Shown: positions 38,623 through 51,555, counted from the stretch's first letter. The stretch is 64,000 nt of DNA from Nemertoderma westbladi (GCA_032718475.1 JAUCBJ010007671.1:58911-122910); one strand, 5' to 3'. The notes: generated by a model from the sequence alone, not told the origin. Program-made: numbers and translations.

Positions 38623-40083
38623 CTAAGGCACAGCTGCAGCCACACCCTCACCACGGCTAGGACTGCCATTTTTATTATTAGTTGGGGGATCTGCCAACCA
38701 ATATTGTTTAACTATAATGTCTTTAGGCCAAGCACTAGCGACAATAAGTTTATTATACGATTCACTGTCTAAGGACGCAATCACAAAAGTGTTGTAATCC
38801 ATAAACCTTTGGAGAGGATTCTTCGAAACAGACACCCCTGCTACATCGTGTTTGTCCTGAATGAAATCCGAGATATGTTCTCCAGTGGTGTCTGTTGTTA
38901 ATCTCGAGATGAATATACGACACCGGAATGCACCAGAACAAGAAGCTACTGCAGTTAAACCACCAAATTCACCGGTACCCAGAATCGCCTTTTTGCGTGG
39001 CCTTTTCCGATTAACCGGAGTATACCCATCCTCTAGAACAGGAGACGCTACGACCTCCTCGACCACCCCAGGATCCTTCTGGTAAACCTCAGAAACACTC
39101 CGAGACTCGGGATTAGACATACTGACAGGCGAACTTCTCGGTGCATCGTAGTAACTACTGGTACGTAATGGCAGCGCGCCAGACATACCTCCAAGAGCTC
39201 GCCCACGTCCTCGTACTGTGAGGCCTCGCCCCCTGTTCCCCGCCGGATTACCGCTCAAAGCAACCTGAGAATAAGAAGTGGAGCCGGATTCCCGTTGGGC
39301 TAGTGACTGGAGATATCCTCTCTCCCTCCGCTGAAATAGCGAAAGAGGGCGGACACAATCGTTCCCGGGAAGTTGGTCCTTCGTCTCCCATAATGGGCCG
39401 GGTTGGAGCTGATACAGCACACACACGCTGTTCAAGCTCTGAACTGATTTAAGCTGGTAAACATCCTTCTGTGTATCAACAAACTTTTCAACGAGAACAT
39501 CACATTCCACATTCAAATCCGATCTCAACTGTAAGAACTCTTCCCGAGTAGTTACAGCCTTCCAAAGAATAAAATCATGTTGATCAAACTGTTCCCTAAT
39601 TCTCGATAGCGACTCTCTAAAAATTCTCACCTCCTCATCCTTCACAGCTGCCTCGACTGCCTTGCGACTGGCAGGGGGAAGTTTAGAGTGATTTAAAGCG
39701 TAAAAACACGGCCTCCGCTCCGCATCTACGAACGCACTCTCATTAAAGAGATTGTAAATGTCTACTGTATGTGAATGCTTATTTTTCTTACCAATACGGC
39801 CTACCCATGCCGGCAGCGGCCTATCCGGTACGGCGCATTTCTCTGCTTCCGAAAATAGAAGTTTCTTGGACGTGATGACTTCCTCCAAAGAGTAAAAGTT
39901 AGTAATCACAGATACGAGAGACTGTTTATCTAAAGTAGATATATTAAATTGAAAAAAATACAATAATTCATCTCTCACCAAACAATGCCCCGTACCAGAG
40001 CCAGAGCAGTAGTCATCGAAGATTACTTCATCACCCGTTCCCTGAGTCAGTGTATCAGCAAAAGACAGTGCTGAATCTTCCAA
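38623..40083 (-). CDS. LINE ORF1 protein, open frame
   Basis: DELLYF...FYSLEEVITSKKLL N-domain, coiled coil, C-terminal RRM-like IFISRL...WPKDIIVK. Confidence 0.8.
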   Translation of the reverse strand: MEDSALSFADTLTQGTGDEVIFDDYCSGSGTGHCLVRDELLYFFQFNISTLDKQSLVSVITNFYSLEEVITSKKLLFSEAEKCAVPDRPLPAWVGRIGKKNKHSHTVDIYNLFNESAFVDAERRPCFYALNHSKLPPASRKAVEAAVKDEEVRIFRESLSRIREQFDQHDFILWKAVTTREEFLQLRSDLNVECDVLVEKFVDTQKDVYQLKSVQSLNSVCVLYQLQPGPLWETKDQLPGNDCVRPLSLFQRRERGYLQSLAQRESGSTSYSQVALSGNPAGNRGRGLTVRGRGRALGGMSGALPLRTSSYYDAPRSSPVSMSNPESRSVSEVYQKDPGVVEEVVASPVLEDGYTPVNRKRPRKKAILGTGEFGGLTAVASCSGAFRCRIFISRLTTDTTGEHISDFIQDKHDVAGVSVSKNPLQRFMDYNTFVIASLDSESYNKLIVASAWPKDIIVKQYWLADPPTNNKNGSPSRGEGVAAAVP

Positions 40084-40299
40084 ATCTCACATCTGTTGCT
40101 GCGAGTGTGATGGAAAAGTACTGGTGCCCAGCACAGAGACAGAATCCTCTAAAACACCGGTACCGGCAGCATCAACGACAAGCGTTTGATTAATACACAT
40201 ATTTGCAGATTTAGGGGTCAAGAATTCGCCCCGCTTTAAACAACAGCTCTGACACAGAATACGACCTTCAAATTCTTTGAAGACAACGATAGACTGCGC

Positions 40300-40603
40300 A
40301 GTTGTCATCTTCCTTATCCTGAAACCCACGGGCAACTAATCGCGCCTTGGGAAAATGTGTGCCATCATCTCGGTCTTTATATGTTAAAACCCATCGAGTT
40401 GTAATGACATTAATTTCATTATGGTATGAACGAGAATCAATCTCTTCATAAACATTATGTATTCGCCATGAATCTAACTCTTTAATTTTTGCTTCTTCAA
40501 ATTCATCTTTTACAATATATATGTTATAATCAGAATTTGTTTCACATGTTGTGAAATAACTAAGTCGGTCAGGTATACTCAGCTCAGTTGATTGTGGCTC
40601 CAA
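40300..40603 (-). pseudogene. Ty1/Copia RT N-terminal fragment
   Basis: EAKIKELDSW...VITTRWVLTYK...KARLVARGFQ is diagnostic of Copia RT. Confidence 0.85.
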
Positions 40604-41479
40604 ATTTATTATATCTTCTTGTGGACTATGTTCATTGTTAATAATTTCAATTTCCGTATTTTCTCCTCTATGGAATGATATACCTGCAAAAATTCGCGAT
40701 CTGAAAAGAAAACATCAATTTAATTTAGCTTGTAAGTCCTGGCTACTAAATAATTAGATACTATAAACTGACCAAACACAATCACATAAACACACTCGTC
40801 ATTTTCTTCATGTTTTTTTTTCATTAATTTTAATAATAATAATTTTAATAATAATTTTCATTTTTTTTTCAATTTTTTCTATTAGTCATAATCTTCCTAT
40901 AAGCATTCTATTTACACTTAGCCTAGTATAACTCTTTGCTGTTCATCCCTGAAGGTCAGTGTCTTTCAAGCTTCGGCTTTCCGACTGACCTTCAGTTAAT
41001 AAAAACTCACCTCCATTTAACATGTACGCATTTAATAACACTTAATTAAAATAAATTGTGCATGGTAGTGGGTTTGCACATATATTATGATCAATAAACA
41101 AACAGTTAGATCAGCTCTGCTAACTTGAGGATTTTATTTGGGAACGGTTCCACTACCAGGATAGCTCTACTCTAATCCTGTGGCCTAATTCAACGCCTGA
41201 AGAACTGTCCGAATAAGTCTGTCCAATACTTGTACTTCTATCTTATGTTGACCAATGGGATACGGCGAGCTCCATCCCTAGTTCGGCTTACAATATTGCG
41301 CGATCCATGTATGCCCTTCCGAGCCTGATTAACTTAACTGTATATGAATATAGCAGGGGCAAGATCTCTAGGCGACTTGTACTATCCTTATTCTAACCAT
41401 GATTTTATTGTGCATATTGCATAATTATTATTGTCGCCCAGAGAGCGAATTAAACGAAATTGAATTGGAAATTGGTACC

Positions 41480-41970
41480 ATTGCCATTAGTTGTAGATGT
41501 TACATAATTCGAGGAGGTGACCGGTCAATCAAACCCAGAAACTCCTCATCCATAAATATCGGAGTCGTTTAAACCTCGGAACTTACAAGAGTAATATAGA
41601 ACAGTAGATGCAGGGTAAATAAAAAATACAACAATCTGGAGAATGACAAACAGACACGAGACAGAGCAGAGGTTAACATTGGTTGGACATACGTAACGGG
41701 CTAAACTGAAAAGTTGGAACGTGTATGTAGGAGGTAAGGTGTGTGGGGACCTATTCCAGAACATGGTGTACATTATCTAGTTATCTATGTAAAGGCCATG
41801 AGACTCAATCGGAACCGCGGGGAGTAGTCTATACGCTACCATGTGAGTGTGACATGAAATATGTAGGGGAATCAAAGTACTCGGCTGAGGTACTAATGAA
41901 ACATGATAGTGATGTAAGGCATGAAAGGGTGAAATCGACTGATTTAGACTGTACTACCACTGTGTAGAAG
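41480..41970 (+). pseudogene. Penelope-like element fragment (GIY-YIG endonuclease)
   Basis: RGVVYTLPCECDMKYVGES matches the Penelope GVVY-x-I-x-C-x-C-x3-YVGET pattern. Confidence 0.7.
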
Positions 41971-42242
41971 TTGGTCATGTTCCATTTAATAAAATCAGTA
42001 GCAAGAGATAATGATCTATGTAGATGTAAAATACTAGAAAGCTTACATCCCTGGGTGTTAGTGACCAGCGATAAATAAGAGAACTTCGGTCGAAGTTGAA
42101 CAGCTTGGTGTAGCAGCGGTAAGTCAATGGGTAGATAGGGTAGCTGAAGTTTAATGATATATGTAGATATTTAGGGGTTAATTTTTTGTATTTTATGCAT
42201 TTCAGTAGTTCGACAGTAATGTTTGGCAATATCGTTTTATAG

Positions 42243-42979
42243 GAAACACTGCCAATCTGATGTTTGTTATCAATGCTACACAAGGTGAATGCGAGAACTT
42301 CATACGTGAAGGATCATGGGAAGACCTGGATTTCATAGCAAATTTTGTAAAAGAAATAGCCACAGTGTTAAGCATGAATATCACTTGCGGTTCTATCCTT
42401 GTGGATATAAAATTTGTTGGAAACGATCCGAATATCAGTACCGGTGAGTTAAGAAAAGTTTTGAAAGAGGAATTCAAAGTATTCCCTGCCAGCATGATGT
42501 TTGATGGCACATTGCATACCATCAAAGAAATTATCTCTCAAGTACCAATCGGCTATAACATGACCTACACTCCCTGTTCGGATTTCACTATCAGTGATAT
42601 TATTTTGGCTATCTCAAGAAAGTTTTCTCAAGATGTTGGAAGTATGAACTTCGCCATTGGTGTACTAGTTTGCTCTGGTGATGATATAATCTATGGTACA
42701 ATATCTTTAACAGTGTTTGTTTACTCAGATAAAAAGCACATTTTGGAAACAGGCATGGAAGCAGGATTTGAATATCTTGTTGGAGATTCCATTGTAATAT
42801 TATCCCTCAAACCTCCAACAACAACAGCAACAACATCTGAGGCCACACTCCCAATCACTCCAGCTACCAGTCTAGAAACCACAGAAATATCATCCACTAC
42901 TACTGATGGTGTTGAATCTCTCAATGACGTTTCAATGTATCTTATTTTGTTCCTTCCATCTCTTATCTACTTCATTTGA
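42243..42979 (+). CDS. Host mucin-like gene, last exon: SEA-like module, S/T stalk, hydrophobic GPI-type tail
   Basis: TTTTATAG acceptor in phase 1, compatible with the exon ending at 30217; CGSILVDIKF resembles the SEA GSVVV motif; ends SMYLILFLPSLIYFI*. Confidence 0.75.
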
Positions 42980-43435
42980 AACATTGAGCAGTATTTTGCA
43001 GACATAAATTTGACTGGTATAACAGATTTGATGCTCAATATTTTTAAGACTGGACTTGTGGTGAAGGATATCATATTACATTTTGTTTGCTTATTTACTT
43101 AGACTTGATGTATAATGAAGGATTAAATTCATTGTTGCATTACAACCCTAACATTTCCAATTAGGTGGGTACTCATATTTCTTTCAAAAAATGTCCTGTT
43201 TCATCATTACATTTATATTTATTTATTAACATACCAATACAATATGGCACTCTGGATGGAAACCTCCTAAATATTATATATTTGTTCCATATTGTTGTTA
43301 GATTTAATTAATGCAACTTCAAACCCACCGTTACAGATATAATAAAAATTTGCTATAACTGAGCGAGTTGGCTAATTTCTTAACTCTACTTTATTTGCTT
43401 TAATCATCTGAAAGTAAGATTTGATATGTTCTTTA

Positions 43436-43560
43436 CAGTGGCGTAACCAGACCATCATGGTGCCCCAGGGCGACCGCCCTAGGGCGCCAGCCCCTGGGGG
43501 TGCCCGCTCAATGGGTGCCGAAGGCGAAACAGTGGGATGAAACACGAAACGAAACACATG
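43436..43560 (+). mobile_element. Possible hAT-type transposon end (single terminus)
   Basis: CAGTGGCGTA start followed by GC-rich GCCCC/GGGCG subterminal motifs; no partner TIR found. Confidence 0.35.
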
Positions 43561-44083
43561 ACACCCCATCCACAAGTTCATTATATTTACAACACTGTAT
43601 TGTAAATGATATTAACGGGACAACTAACTGAATAAGATTAGATGAATAAGATTGGGTCGTGCAATATACATACAGCAATATAATGTACATACTGTACATA
43701 TAGTACTAATAAATCTAGCAAATAATTTTTATCTTGCGAAATTTAGATACTACTGTCTGAGTGTAGGTTGGGGGGAAATTTAAATAGGAATTGCTGGTAA
43801 CTTACTGTTGTAGCATTGTTGGTAATTTTTTTCTATTAAGAGCCCACCCCCTCGAATAAACGCTCTCAGGCCATCCTCATCCAAGCATCTTAATTAAACG
43901 CCTTCCTCGAATAAACGCCACGGCGTTTATCAATATGTAATTCACCATGGACTGGAATATAAGGTCAAAATAGCCCCTCCCCCCCCCCCATATTAGCGAT
44001 TAATTTATTTTATTTTCTTACATTTTTATACATCTGTAATAATTTAAAATCCAATTAGTTAGCATTGATGTAATTGTGGCGTG

Positions 44084-44800
44084 TCAAGTAGAAACGTATA
44101 GTATCAAAAAATTATTAATCTGAAACCATTTAGTGAGTTTTTCTAATTCAAGGTTTGCATTTGTAATTAGATCTTTGTGATTCTTATCGGACATGAATAT
44201 GATTGTGTCATCTGCGAATAAAATCTGGTGTGAAGTGGCAGATTCATTTACCATGTCATTAATATAAATTATAAACAATAAGGGACCCAGAAGGGAACCC
44301 TGAGGGACACCACATGTTATTTTACCACAAGATGAATTACTACTATTACCTATAACAACATACTGTTTTCTATCAGTGAGGTGAGGTAGCTTTGCATCCA
44401 CGCTAATGCCATATCACTGAATCCATAATGCTGTAATTTTTGTATTAAAATTCCATGGTTTACCGCACCGAATCGATTGATATTCCAATTGAATATTCAC
44501 CTCTATCCATTGCTTCGGTTATATTTTCAATTAAATCTAGGAGAGCTAATTGGGTAGAATGTTTGGTTCGAAAGCCGTATTGATTAGAGAGTAGGATAGC
44601 CTGTTCTCTAAAGTGTTTTAAAATTTGGTAGTTAATAATTTTTGAGAAATACGGCAGCACGGATATTGGTCTGTAGTTTGGAACTAAAGTAGGATACTCT
44701 GATTTGTAAACTGGGGTCACTTTGGGGATTTTAATTTTTCTTGGGACTATGCCTTGGCGTATTGATAAGTTTATTATGTGTGCCATAGGATGTGATATCG
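44084..44800 (-). pseudogene. CR1-group LINE RT fragment
   Basis: NYRPISVLP, QYGFR, GVPQGSLLGPLLF, LFADD. Confidence 0.9.
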
Positions 44801-47479
44801 ACGGTTTTTTTTCAAAACATCCCAAACACTGCAAAAACCCTGTAAAAATCCTGTAAAAATTACATAAGTGTGTCTTTACGGTTTGGCCAAATGTTTATTA
44901 GTTTTATTTTAAATAGATAAAAACAAATTTCCCAAACGCCAACTTTTCAGAAATGATTTTTTCAAAATATACCAAATGCCATCAAAATTCCCAAACATCG
45001 TTTCATAATTCGAAAAACGGCTTATTCCGATTGTTTCAAAACATCCCAAGTGCCTGTTGTTAGTATTTCTATAGGCCTATATATATCTTCTTCTGTGACA
45101 GCTGCAGTGGCCAAAACAGAAATCGGATTGTTGTTACTCTGGCCGTATTTTCAAACCAAAACAATAAACTATACATTATTTCACCTGCGGTCAATTTGCG
45201 CTGAAGATCACGATTTTCGCTTGCGGTCAATCCATCACGTTAATAATCATGATAATCCATCATGTTATTCATATTAGGCTTCGGGGAGTGATAATGATGA
45301 AGGGACCTGTTCCAAAATTCAAAATGTTTTGTCAAGTCAGATTGGTACTTGTACCAGTAATTCTCAATCAGAATCGAGGAAGAGGCAATTTACGGAGGGG
45401 GGGGGGGGGGGGTGGGGGTGGGGGCAGGTCCATTGATGGTTTGGGAATACTTTAATTAAAAAACTGACAACCCTTCAAAGGCAATGTGCAATGTTAACTG
45501 TAAATGTGTTGGTATTATTTCCAGTAGGGAAATGGGCCTCGTTCAACAATGGAAATTTATATAATCATTTCTAAAAATATCATAGAGGGGAATATAATGA
45601 ATTGAAGAGGTTGGAAATTATGGTAGAAACGACTGCAGAGAAAAAAAAAGAAAAAAAGCAATCCATCTACATTTATTTTCATTTCATTTATTTACCTTGT
45701 AAATGTATAAGGCGAACCGTACAATATATATATATATATTACAAATATTATACAACCATTGGCTAATATATCAATTTATATGCTAGTGGCTAGTCGAGGG
45801 TAGGTTATCATGTCAAATGTTTATAAATGAAAAGCACCATCATAAATCAAAAGCACCATCATATATTCGGTAAACAAATAGTCACAAATAACAGATACCA
45901 TATTACCACATAAATATTAACAATATAACTGAACTTCTGTAGAGATAGGCATTACTACAAAGATTGGTAAAGGAATTTCTTCAAGTTATTGGTGAAGCTA
46001 CCTTTAGACATACAATTCCTAATGCTGGATGGAAGATTATTCCAAATAATTGGCCCTTGGTAAGTTAGACCATTTTGAGCAACGACTAAAGACACACGTG
46101 GAACAAAAAATAAATTCTCAATTATAATTATATATAATTATTAATAAAGCCTCAATTAAATTGGAACTGGTTATAATAATAAGAACGTTCAGCTACACGT
46201 AGTAGGTGAGTTAATTTGTTACGATATCGCTGATAGCAAACATGATTAATTTTACAAGTACTCGTTCATTTTTAGAAAAGCCTTTACATTTTGAAATTTA
46301 AAATGTGCGTTGTTCAGAAAACGCATTTAAAGATTTGCTTCGGGTAATTCAATCCTATGAAATGTTAGATTGCACACAACCCCGCTGAAAATTTTGTGGC
46401 AAGGGATTTCCAGGTCGGTGATTTCATTTCCACAGTCAGTTTACTCATTTGACAGAGTCATGCCTGTCTGAAAAACTGAAATAAACACTGCGAAATAGAA
46501 ACAAAGTAAGATATATTAAACATGCTAAATAATATGGCTTCCAATATGAATAATATGGGTTCGGAACCAGTTACCACTTGGACATTATCACTATCAGGAA
46601 CATATACAGTGTGCATGTTGTGTCTTTATATGGTGTGCCAAAGTTTGAAACCTGTGAAAGTCTAGATTACAGCCATCCTGATTACAAATAAGTCGAACTA
46701 AAAGTAAATAAGTAAAATCTTAAGATGATCTCTGTAAAAATTCAGATTAATACAGTCTGCTCCACAATATGTGCAGTACAACATAATATCAGAATAACTT
46801 CACAAAAATCAATTAAGAAATCACTAACAGCCTGAAGTCTATATATATAACTTGAAAAAAAACAATTAAGACAAGTTGGCAGTTATATTGTAATTTATAT
46901 TGTTTACATGTACAATTATTATAGTTACGTAGTAGTTAAAGTTAATTATTAATTAATAATATCGATATATTATGAAAAATTATTACAAAATTTAAGTATT
47001 GCTAAGGCACTAAACATTTTCATACAAAAAAACTCATTGTGAAACATTAGATATACCCCTTTATATAAGATTCACATTTATAGTAATTGCTATAGTGCGG
47101 GTGGTTTGAAAAAATAGTTAACAGTAGGGCATTTATTTATACACAAGAAATTCTATTTTATCTTGCTGTCATTAATTAAAATCACAAACTATAGTGATGG
47201 GATAGTATAAAAAACATTAAGCATTATTAAATGTACAGGTGATCCTTATCATCTAAGCAAGCCAAATAAATTTAATCATAAATAAAAAATCATACATAAG
47301 TTATTTCACCTGGAGTCACTTATTTTCTCACCCATCCACGATATAACCAAGAAGAACTGTTGGAAATACAAATGCATTGCATTTTATGGTAAGTTAATAG
47401 AAACATTGTTGAATTACTTAATAATAGCAGAATAAAACGATGAAACAATGGAACTTGAATATCAGAATAAAACAATGAA

Positions 47480-48001
47480 ACAATAGAACTTGCTTGTGAT
47501 GTAAGTTTCTTTTTCACAACGAGCAGCTTGTTATACAGTTTTCTACCCATCACCCATCTCCTACGACTTATTTACATCTCCATAAGCCTTGAACTATTGA
47601 CAACAGAATTCCCCTCACAAACTTTTCATCAAAATTTAACACCTTTGATGTTGTCTCACGGAACGGAACTCCAAGGGAACCAACCACCAGTTGGAGTTCC
47701 ACTGGGACTATCAATGTTGGATAAGTCGGATTCATTGAAAATGCACTGTGAAGCGCTGCTAACAATAATTACATCACTGGTAGCGGTAGGCCTTGCGAGA
47801 CACTTTGACATTGTAACTGAGGCTGGGGATAGAAGATACTGGTATACTGCTATCTAATTTCACATGTTTTGTTGGAGGGCACTGGCAATAAGCACAATTG
47901 TATGTTGAACCATTTACTGGGGATAGGTATTCTGCGCACTCATCACCATCATTTAGACATTCTTTACAATAGGAGCGCTGATGTCTGAGGATGTCTTTCA
48001 T
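47480..48001 (-). pseudogene. Degenerate ORF with N-terminal Cys/His cluster, probably transposon-derived
   Basis: CKEC...CAEY...CAYCQCPPTKH then frameshifted continuation; family not recognised. Confidence 0.3.
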
Positions 48002-48099
48002 AGTTAAATATTATATATATCTAGCCAAGCCATTCTTATACATAATTAAATAGGCCTATATACGGTATTCACTCAGCCATGGCAATGGACAACTTTCAT

Positions 48100-48358
48100 T
48101 CTTAGCTATTTATGTATTTATGGGTCTGTCTAAAAGCTGGATTGGACCCAATCATAGCCACATCGGTCACATTTAGGCTTTCCAGTGGTCCTTTGAACAT
48201 CAGCAGATATCAAATGGCCAATTTTTGATCTTAGCTATTTATGTATTTATGGGTCTGTCTAAAAGCTGGATTGGACCCAATCATAGCCACATCGGTCACA
48301 TTTAGGCTTTCCAGTGGTCCTTTGAACATCAGCAGATATCAAATGGCCAATTTTTGAT
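48100..48358. repeat. ~129-bp near-perfect tandem duplication
   Basis: Copies start at 48100 and 48229 and differ by a 1-nt indel. Confidence 0.92.
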
Positions 48359-48519
48359 TGTTTATAATAATTAGTAAAGGTACCACACCTTTAGCAGAGT
48401 ATAAATGAAGCATTTGATGCTTCTGCAGTTCTCATCTATCCTTTATGCCAATATAGAGGGATAATCAAAGATTTGGGATACCGGTAACAATTCTCTCGAT
48501 GGGTTCACTGGATTTCCTT

Positions 48520-48637
48520 CGAATGCGTAAGGGAAAGGCATGGGCAGCATTGAATAGATTTGTAAGTCCCATATAATAAAATGGAAACTTAGGTTCAATT
48601 ATTTATGGCAGTGTACCAGTAGGTACTCCTCTATGGG
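48520..48637 (+). pseudogene. RTE RT fragment forming the Polinton target site
   Basis: KGKAWAALNR...GTACTCCTCTATGGG (VLLYG) matches the RTE copy at ~35140-35160. Confidence 0.6.
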
Positions 48638-49549
48638 AGTAGTAGGAGAAGCATAGATCTCCAATAACTCCTCCCTAGCTTGGGCTACGGCCCGCATCTC
48701 GGAGGCAATTAAAAAATGCCAAATTTCTGCGCTAAATCGAGGTGTTTAATGACCATCTGTCACCATCAATATTGATTCGCGTCGTTGCCTTCAACCAATC
48801 GTTGCTTATCACCTACGCGTAGCCTAACCTCGCGATGCCTGCCTTACTCGACAACTGTTACCACCCGCGAGTATTGATTCGCATTGTTGCATCAACCAAC
48901 CATCGCATATTCATCTTCGCGTAACCTAACTTCTCAACGCATGGCTAGCCCCCACTACGCTATTATATTATATATCGAATCGATTGCCAACTCACCACGG
49001 CTACTCCTCGACGGCTGTCGCCAAACCAATCAACCAAGCAGCCTGCCTACCAGTCCAATCCAACGCTATTATGATACGTGTTGAAATTCCGCCACGTTCT
49101 AGCTACACGTATACGAACAATATTTCCATAGTTATTTCCTATCCACGCAACCAAGCACTGTATACTGTATATGCTGACAACGTGGCCACCAACTACACGC
49201 ATCATGTGCATATATTATATTATATTGATTGCCAACTCCACGACTGCTGTCGCCAAATCAACAAACCAAGCAGTATGATACATGAGATTCCGTCAGGTTC
49301 CAGCTATGCGTATACGAGCATTAGTGATTATTACGCAATAATTTTTTTGTTTATACAGTAGTTACCCACCAGCTAATCAACCAATCAATAAACCGAATTT
49401 AGGCTATTTCTCAGTTTAAGACCTGTATTATTTTTGAAAATATCTTATATATATAATCTCTTGCTTTAATCGCAATTAATCATTTGTAATGGTTTTAGTT
49501 TAAAAGTTTTTACTTTGTTTGTTTGATTTACAATAAAATAAATTAAATA

Positions 49550-49996
49550 ATGTCTTCTGATTCCAATATGGTTATGCCAATGGTAAGGCATTCATTTTTT
49601 GCAGAAGATGGTCAAGCCTATATTGTTATTGATTATACAATTTACCGTCAGGGAGATGATAAATATAAAATTGAATTTTCTGAAAAAGCCAGGAAAGTTT
49701 TAAGCTCAATTGATATTGATGCTTCTGATAATAGTATTCATCTTTTAGATTACAACCTGAAAGCTGAGCATGGGGGAGGAAAATTAAGCAACATTTTACT
49801 ATTATCCATGATAGAGGGATTTATTGTTATTACACAATACAACGAAGCTGGTGAAAAGTTTGAAATACGGCTAAATCGGCATAGCCCCTACGAAATTATG
49901 TCTTTCTTTATTGTAATGATTTCAAAAGAATCCTTTGTCGAACCTGAAGAATCAGCGGATAATGTTGAATATGTTGATAATATCATTGATTCTTGA
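49550..49996 (+). CDS. Polinton hypothetical protein (148 aa)
   Basis: Intact ATG ORF in AT-rich start context, first gene after the subterminal repeats; no motif recognised. Confidence 0.6.
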   Translation: MSSDSNMVMPMVRHSFFAEDGQAYIVIDYTIYRQGDDKYKIEFSEKARKVLSSIDIDASDNSIHLLDYNLKAEHGGGKLSNILLLSMIEGFIVITQYNEAGEKFEIRLNRHSPYEIMSFFIVMISKESFVEPEESADNVEYVDNIIDS

Positions 49997-50167
49997 CTTT
50001 TCCCTCTATATTATAAATATTTTATGATTATATATAAAATTTTGTTGTTTTTAAATAATCGAAAATTGTAGTAGTATTTGTATATACAGTATAACAGTTT
50101 TGTTTGTTGTTGTTGTTGTTGTTGTGTATTGTGGTAATTATTTTCAATTTACTTTAAAATTTGGAAA

Positions 50168-50515
50168 ATGGATATTTTAAATGAAAAATGTCCAGTTTGC
50201 TATTCTAAGTTATTGCAACAACATCGAGATTATTATAAATGTGAAAATAAACATGCAACTTGCGTACAATGTATTGCACAATATTCCGAAATGAATACTT
50301 ATTGTTCTAAAATTTGTCCTATTTGTCGCGCACCCATATCTAAGTTTAATATAAAGTTGGCAAGATACCAACCCTATTATTGGAAAGAGCTTCGCAATAT
50401 AACTTATATTTCTGCGAAAAGTAATGATCCGGGAGATTTATTTACAATATTGGAGAATATTTTTTATAGAAACGTAGTACGACGCTGTTGCTACTATATT
50501 CCTTATTTTTTTTAG
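50168..50515 (+). CDS. RING-finger (C3HC4) protein, putative E3 ligase; may continue by frameshift to 50688
   Basis: CPVC-x13-CENKH-x2-CVQC-x14-CPICR. Confidence 0.8.
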   Translation: MDILNEKCPVCYSKLLQQHRDYYKCENKHATCVQCIAQYSEMNTYCSKICPICRAPISKFNIKLARYQPYYWKELRNITYISAKSNDPGDLFTILENIFYRNVVRRCCYYIPYFF

Positions 50516-50837
50516 CAGCGAACATAAAAAAATTATTAGCGCGAAATTTTCGGGAAGTGATTTCCAATCCGCCGATGTTACCTATCATTATTTCGCGTAT
50601 AAAGATGCTCACCATGCTTGAAATTACATCGGTCTATACTATAATTGGAAATAGCACCTTTTGCTGCAGCGAGCGTCACATACTGTAGTGGCGTCGTATG
50701 TTAATTAAATATACAGTACTCTAATATTGTAGTTGCATCAATTATTGTTATATACATAGTAATGGTGTTGGTTTATTGATATTGATATTGATATTATATT
50801 ATATTGTATTGTTGATATATCTTAATAATAATAATAA

Positions 50838-51518
50838 ATGGCTGACTTTAATTCAGGTCCATATAATTTAAACTTTCAAATGGGTACAAGTATGATAATT
50901 TCAGGGCCATCTGGCTCCGGAAAGTCTACATTTGTTGGCAATTTAATTAAACACAAGAATGGTTGTTTCAACGAAGCCCCCTTGCGAGTATTGTATTGTT
51001 ACGGGAGCAATCCCCCGACTATTCCTGGTATTACTCACCTTTTCAAAGGCTTGCCTGAAAATATAGATAGTTTAGTGAATAGTCGAGATTTATTAATTAT
51101 AGATGATTTGTTAACAGAAACTGAGTCCAGTACAGCTTTAACTGTATTGTTTACTAAGGTGGCTCATCATTCCAATATATTTATTTGTTTTATAACGCAA
51201 AACATGTTTTACGGTGGGAAGCATAACCGCACAAGATCAATTAATAGCCATACTTTAGTATTAATGAAAAATCCGAGAGACAGTCTATCGGTTTTAAATT
51301 TCGCGAAGCAGATGTTACCAGGGCAGACCAAATTTTTAGTTGATTCCTATCAAGATGCGACAATTGAACCATTTTCACATTTCTTAATTGATTTACGACA
51401 GGAAACACCCGAACATTTAAGATTTAGATCTGATATATTTCGTAATCATAATTGTTACATTAAAAATTACACTGACTATAAACGTAGCGAAAATAATAAT
51501 AATAATAATGATAAATAA
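50838..51518 (+). CDS. A32/FtsK-like DNA packaging ATPase
   Basis: Walker A GPSGSGKS, Walker B LLIIDD, HHSNI..ITQN, RTRSINS, KNPRD. Confidence 0.95.
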   Translation: MADFNSGPYNLNFQMGTSMIISGPSGSGKSTFVGNLIKHKNGCFNEAPLRVLYCYGSNPPTIPGITHLFKGLPENIDSLVNSRDLLIIDDLLTETESSTALTVLFTKVAHHSNIFICFITQNMFYGGKHNRTRSINSHTLVLMKNPRDSLSVLNFAKQMLPGQTKFLVDSYQDATIEPFSHFLIDLRQETPEHLRFRSDIFRNHNCYIKNYTDYKRSENNNNNNDK

Positions 51519-51555
51519 TTAATATTTTGTAGCAATTTTCAATAATGTTGCAACA

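Larger units (their letters stand above)
35582..40300 (-). mobile_element. Near full-length APE-type LINE inserted in a Copia RT
   Basis: ORF1 38623..40083; APE 37124..38554; RT 35713..37120 with one stop and one frameshift; AATAAA and A-rich tail at ~35582-35605. Confidence 0.92.

Noticed and set aside
41195-41225. Hammerhead ribozyme near the Penelope fragment (CTGAAGA...GAA)
   Set aside because: No stem II or GAAA core, and no flanking helices could be built.
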